NCBI GenBank assembly: GCA_040222015.1
Contig: JAVJWO010000108.1
Location: forward strand, 1 to 64,000
DNA: 64,000 bases
Direction of reading: 5' to 3'
Origin: Coleofasciculus chthonoplastes F2-STO-03
Lineage (GTDB): Bacteria > Cyanobacteriota > Cyanobacteriia > Cyanobacteriales > Coleofasciculaceae
Within the stretch, counting starts at the first letter, position 1. Every line of letters begins with the position of its first letter. The notes below the pieces were generated by a model. The model was not told the origin of the DNA and did not search any database. It was given only the letters and a program-made list of their open reading frames with translations. Shown piece after piece: positions 60,548 through 64,000 of the stretch. The position numbers were made by a program, and so were the translations under genes.

Positions 60548-62907
60548 ATTAATCGCGCCCCTGTCTGGCTAGGTTGTTCAGTGGTTTCAATAATAAAAGG
60601 ATAAAGTTCGACTAATTCCCGCCAGATAGTTTCATAGGTAGTCGTACCATCCTTTTCCGGTAACGACATCCAGGGTGATAAGTTACCACTATTAGTCTTG
60701 GCATCACACCAGGCTTTTTCAAAATACTCCTCCAACAATTTTTGGTTTTCCAGTTCCAAGCGAACGCGGAAATAGCGATAATTGAGGATAGCGGTGTGTT
60801 TACCTTGTTCGAGTAAACTGCGGATTTGATAAAGTTGCGATCGCGGAAATTCTGACTGCTTTAATTTCTCCCCTGTTTCAATCAATCCGCCGAGTTCGTG
60901 TAAGGTGTAGGGTGCGCCATAAAGTTTCAACTTGGGTTTGCCTTTTTCCTGCTTAGTTAAAGCCTCTTGGCGAAAGGCTTCAATATTGGAGGAAATCATC
61001 GTTACCGACTTCAGCGTGAGAAAGTCAACAGTTCCGCCGTGATAGTCATAGTCTTTTTTTAACTGCTTTGCCTTCTTCTTGGCTGATTTAAGTAATTGAC
61101 TTGTTAGATTTTCGGCATAATAAATTGGTGTTTGATAAGCCGTAATTAGAACCCCCGTTGACATACTCAGTTTACATTGTGAAGGTTTGACAGATATCTG
61201 CCCTTGGTATCGGTGACAGTCTTGAGAACGTGAGATTATTTCTGGATCAGTAATTCGATAGTCTTCTTTCCCTTGTATCTTTTCGCCTTCCAGAAGAATT
61301 CGCTCAAACTCCTCGCCAATAGTTTGAGCAATTGCCAGGGCTTTATCGGCTGGTACAATTAACATGACATCATCCCCACCAATTGTGAGGATTTCAAAAG
61401 GATGAATAATCGATCCATTCCGATGTTGATTGTCTCCAGTTAAACCGTTTAATTGATGAGGGTTAAGATGTCGTCCGAGGGCGTGGTAAACCGATTCCTC
61501 TGTGGCTGTAAAGATATCTCGGCTAAATCGGCGACAATCTTGGGGGGTTTTGAGTTCTTTCTGAATATAACCTCCTATGTTATTGCCATCAGCATAAATA
61601 TAGCCAACAAAACCATTTCCAGCATTGCCAATTTCGGTGAGCGATCGCGCTTCGCCAATTTTCTGTTTTGAGATGTCTTGATAATAGCGATCTCGATAGT
61701 GACTTTTTTCGATAAAACGCCTAAATTTAACCACCCAGCTTTCCAGATACCCTGAATTCCATAATGTTTTAACTTGACCAAATTGCCATTTCCAATCCGA
61801 ATTTTTTGTCCACCATTTCTGACTGCGACTCCCTTCCCCTTTCGTTCGTTGCCCAACAATACGCTTACGGGCTAAAGCATCAGAAAACCAAGGTTCATCC
61901 GGAAGACGACTCCCAGGGGCAATAGCTAGGCGATGTTCGACGTCATCCCGCAATAAATAAGGATGGGTTTCAAACATAGGCGGATAGCGACGGCTGGGGC
62001 GTTGGCTATCGGGTAAGTTATTACCGTTGCGTCGCTGCTGAAATAAAGCCGCCAGTTTCCCCGTTATTTCGTTAAAATTCTTGCGATTTTCAAATAAGTA
62101 TTTCCAGGGTTGACCGTTTTTAAGTTGACCAAAGTAGGCGCTTGTAATCGGATTTGTTTGCCGTTTATTATCCTGTAAATACCAGTCTAACCATTTGCTT
62201 TGTTCAATCGGATTGTCAAGTAATCCAAATCGCAGTTCCAGCAATCTGAAACTTTCTCCTACAGCACAAGAATTAGCGGTCAAGGTTTCTTCTGTATAGC
62301 GTTTTTCAATTAAATTGACCAAATCCGGGACAAAGGCTGTCGGGCAAAAGGCTAAAATGTTAGCCCCGGTTGAGTAAATCACTAACTCAGGAATCAGTGC
62401 GTCCCATAACGGGTGTAGTGTTTTATCTTTGTGTTGTAAGTCTCGCCTAACCCTTTGGCAATATTGTCTGGCTCGGTAACATTCGGGAAAGTCCTCTGGC
62501 AATTCTTCACATTTGAAAAAGGCAGGTAAATCTATTAAATTAATTCGATCCAGTAATGCTGATGCGCCCCGAATTTCGGGAAGTTTGGCTGATTCAAATA
62601 CATAGCCTTTAATCTTTGTTGCACCGCCGTAGACTAAACCGATTCGGGTGGTTTGCTCCCACAAATTGGCATAGTTATCCTGAAGATCAGTAATTTTATC
62701 GGGAAAATAGTCTTGGGAAATCTCTTGTAGTTGCCGCACCGTTTGTAGTAAGCACTTTAGTGCTTCTGTATCCGGAACATCTTTCCCTTGACGCAGCGCC
62801 TCTCGCATTTGCTGCAAGATACTCAAATCAAACTGCGGTTCACGCCCCTCGCCCCAAGCGAGACACCAGGCGATTCCAATGGTTAGGAGGGGTAGAGAAT
62901 GGGTCAT
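60544..62907 (-). CDS. cas10: Cas10, no apparent HD domain, intact GGDD cyclase motif
   Basis: YADGNNIG and IGGDDVML Palm2 motifs; short N-terminus before Palm1. Confidence 0.93.
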   Translation of the reverse strand: MTHSLPLLTIGIAWCLAWGEGREPQFDLSILQQMREALRQGKDVPDTEALKCLLQTVRQLQEISQDYFPDKITDLQDNYANLWEQTTRIGLVYGGATKIKGYVFESAKLPEIRGASALLDRINLIDLPAFFKCEELPEDFPECYRARQYCQRVRRDLQHKDKTLHPLWDALIPELVIYSTGANILAFCPTAFVPDLVNLIEKRYTEETLTANSCAVGESFRLLELRFGLLDNPIEQSKWLDWYLQDNKRQTNPITSAYFGQLKNGQPWKYLFENRKNFNEITGKLAALFQQRRNGNNLPDSQRPSRRYPPMFETHPYLLRDDVEHRLAIAPGSRLPDEPWFSDALARKRIVGQRTKGEGSRSQKWWTKNSDWKWQFGQVKTLWNSGYLESWVVKFRRFIEKSHYRDRYYQDISKQKIGEARSLTEIGNAGNGFVGYIYADGNNIGGYIQKELKTPQDCRRFSRDIFTATEESVYHALGRHLNPHQLNGLTGDNQHRNGSIIHPFEILTIGGDDVMLIVPADKALAIAQTIGEEFERILLEGEKIQGKEDYRITDPEIISRSQDCHRYQGQISVKPSQCKLSMSTGVLITAYQTPIYYAENLTSQLLKSAKKKAKQLKKDYDYHGGTVDFLTLKSVTMISSNIEAFRQEALTKQEKGKPKLKLYGAPYTLHELGGLIETGEKLKQSEFPRSQLYQIRSLLEQGKHTAILNYRYFRVRLELENQKLLEEYFEKAWCDAKTNSGNLSPWMSLPEKDGTTTYETIWRELVELYPFIIETTEQPSQTGARLI

Positions 62908-63209
62908 AATTCAGCCTGCGTTTAAGAACTATAGCCCTGAACTAAAGTTCAGGCTCAAAGCTAAAACCCGTTAAAACGGGTTCAAAGCCTTGTATCTAGT
63001 AATCTTTAGTTTACTTGAGCTTAAAGATAAGAAATTGATGTCCTGGCGTCCAAATCAACAGCATTCCGCCTAAGCCCTAAGTCAGCAACATTCGGCTTAA
63101 GTCAGTGACATTCAGTTTGAAGTCTATTTTAATGGACAGCCAGTCCTTTGAACTTGGGGCGGATGTTTGAGCCTCAATACCGGATGATCTCCCTCGCTAG
63201 ATGGCTGGA

Positions 63210-63548
63210 TTACCGAGACAGTGCGGCGGGTAATTCCACGGGAAATACTTCACCCACGGAGACATCGTGAGTGTGAGTCGCGACGACGACAACGCCTAAA
63301 CGGGGGTCATAACATCCTACCCAAGCGGCGGGATGACATTCGTGAACCAGGTAACTGTACAGCCAAATCGGACCTTTTCCTTCGATGACGATACCTTGGT
63401 TGAAGGGTATTCCTTCTGGTAGTTTGATTCCTTTAATATCTGGGGGGGAAATAATACCGTCTTCTGTGGCAATCTGGAAATGCAGGTGTTGATAGGGTAA
63501 ACCGGTTTGGGTTTGATGGGGAAGCAGTTGAAGTTGAATCGCGTTCAT
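63210..63548 (-). CDS. csx3: Ring nuclease Crn3/Csx3
   Basis: GIVIEGKGPIWLY..LVHECH, YDPRLG.VVV..H. Confidence 0.9.
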   Translation of the reverse strand: MNAIQLQLLPHQTQTGLPYQHLHFQIATEDGIISPPDIKGIKLPEGIPFNQGIVIEGKGPIWLYSYLVHECHPAAWVGCYDPRLGVVVVATHTHDVSVGEVFPVELPAALSR

Positions 63549-63699
63549 GGTTTTTGCCGTTCTGTGAGTACGAGGCTAATGTAGCACCCCCTGGGAAAGA
63601 CCCTTTTCCAGCACAAGTAAGGGACTATAGAGACAAGGGGGTTGGCGTCGGGGAGAGTTGAGTTGGTGTCGGGATTCCCTTGGGCAAGTGAGTCAGATA

Positions 63700-63946
63700 T
63701 CTTGCTATGATTCAGAGCATCGGGTTATAGTATATAAGAGTTCATTTTTGACGGCTAAAAGCGGGGTCGATTTTCCGGGACTCCCGTCAAAAACTCCAGA
63801 ACCTTGACAATTAAATAGTTTCAGCGTTTGAGAATGTGCCGTAATTGCGAATTGGTTTCAATAAGCGGGGCTGAAATGAGGCTAAAAAAGAGTCCCGTCA
63901 AAATCCTCTGTAGAATCCTCTCTCTGTAAGCGTTTTAGATGGCGGG
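63700..63946 (+). promoter_or_regulatory. Leader of the type III CRISPR array
   Basis: Non-coding, divergent from csx3, abuts the first repeat; boundaries approximate. Confidence 0.65.
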
Positions 63947-64000
63947 GTTTCCGCTAACTTACTCCCCGCAAGGGGATTGAAACTCAACTTCTTCTAGTGT
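63947..64000 (+). CRISPR. First repeat (GTTTCCGCTAACTTACTCCCCGCAAGGGGATTGAAAC) and partial first spacer of the type III array, cut by the window edge
   Basis: 37-bp repeat with hairpin and ATTGAAAC end beside the cas operon; only one copy is visible. Confidence 0.85.

Noticed and set aside
63447..63457. 11-nt match (GGAAATAATAC) between the sequence after the solitary repeat and csx3
   Set aside because: Short, AT-rich, does not extend and does not start at guide position 1; expected by chance.
63984..64000. First spacer of the main array (TCAACTTCTTCTAG) resembles the mini-array spacer region (TCAACTTCTAG)
   Set aside because: Only 9 contiguous nt match and the spacer is truncated by the window; compatible with chance.

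Overview
Chromosomal window from a filamentous cyanobacterium (abundant HIP1 GCGATCGC, heptamer STRR repeats, psbU; the genus cannot be fixed from sequence alone). From left to right it holds: a guanidine-I riboswitch with the gdmH-ghaA-ghaB guanidine hydrolase operon; an orphan 13-repeat CRISPR array (I-D-like repeat); a Cu-ATPase with a MerR-type promoter; housekeeping genes (cobA/hemD, thiL, efp, accB, mnmG, nadB, psbU, Prx, cysK, NAD kinase, pepP); many Uma2 genes, gene fragments and REP/MITE-like palindromes; an SMEK-STAND-TPR (Avs-like) defence gene; and a minus-strand type III-D CRISPR-Cas effector operon (cas10, RAMPs, csx10, csx19, Cami1-like CARF-RelE, csx3) whose array starts at the right edge. 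The most notable element lies just downstream of the cas operon. It is a self-promoted, degenerate two-repeat type III-like mini-array (49844-49963) whose single 32-nt guide is complementary to the region just upstream of the neighbouring orphan membrane-protein ORF (50544-50577). The mismatches sit at guide positions 6, 17-19 and 24. This makes it a candidate type III CreTA/CreR-like regulatory module. It sits beside a Panacea-type toxin-antitoxin pair and an empty leader plus single repeat. All calls come from manual reading and motif recognition; no database searches were run.
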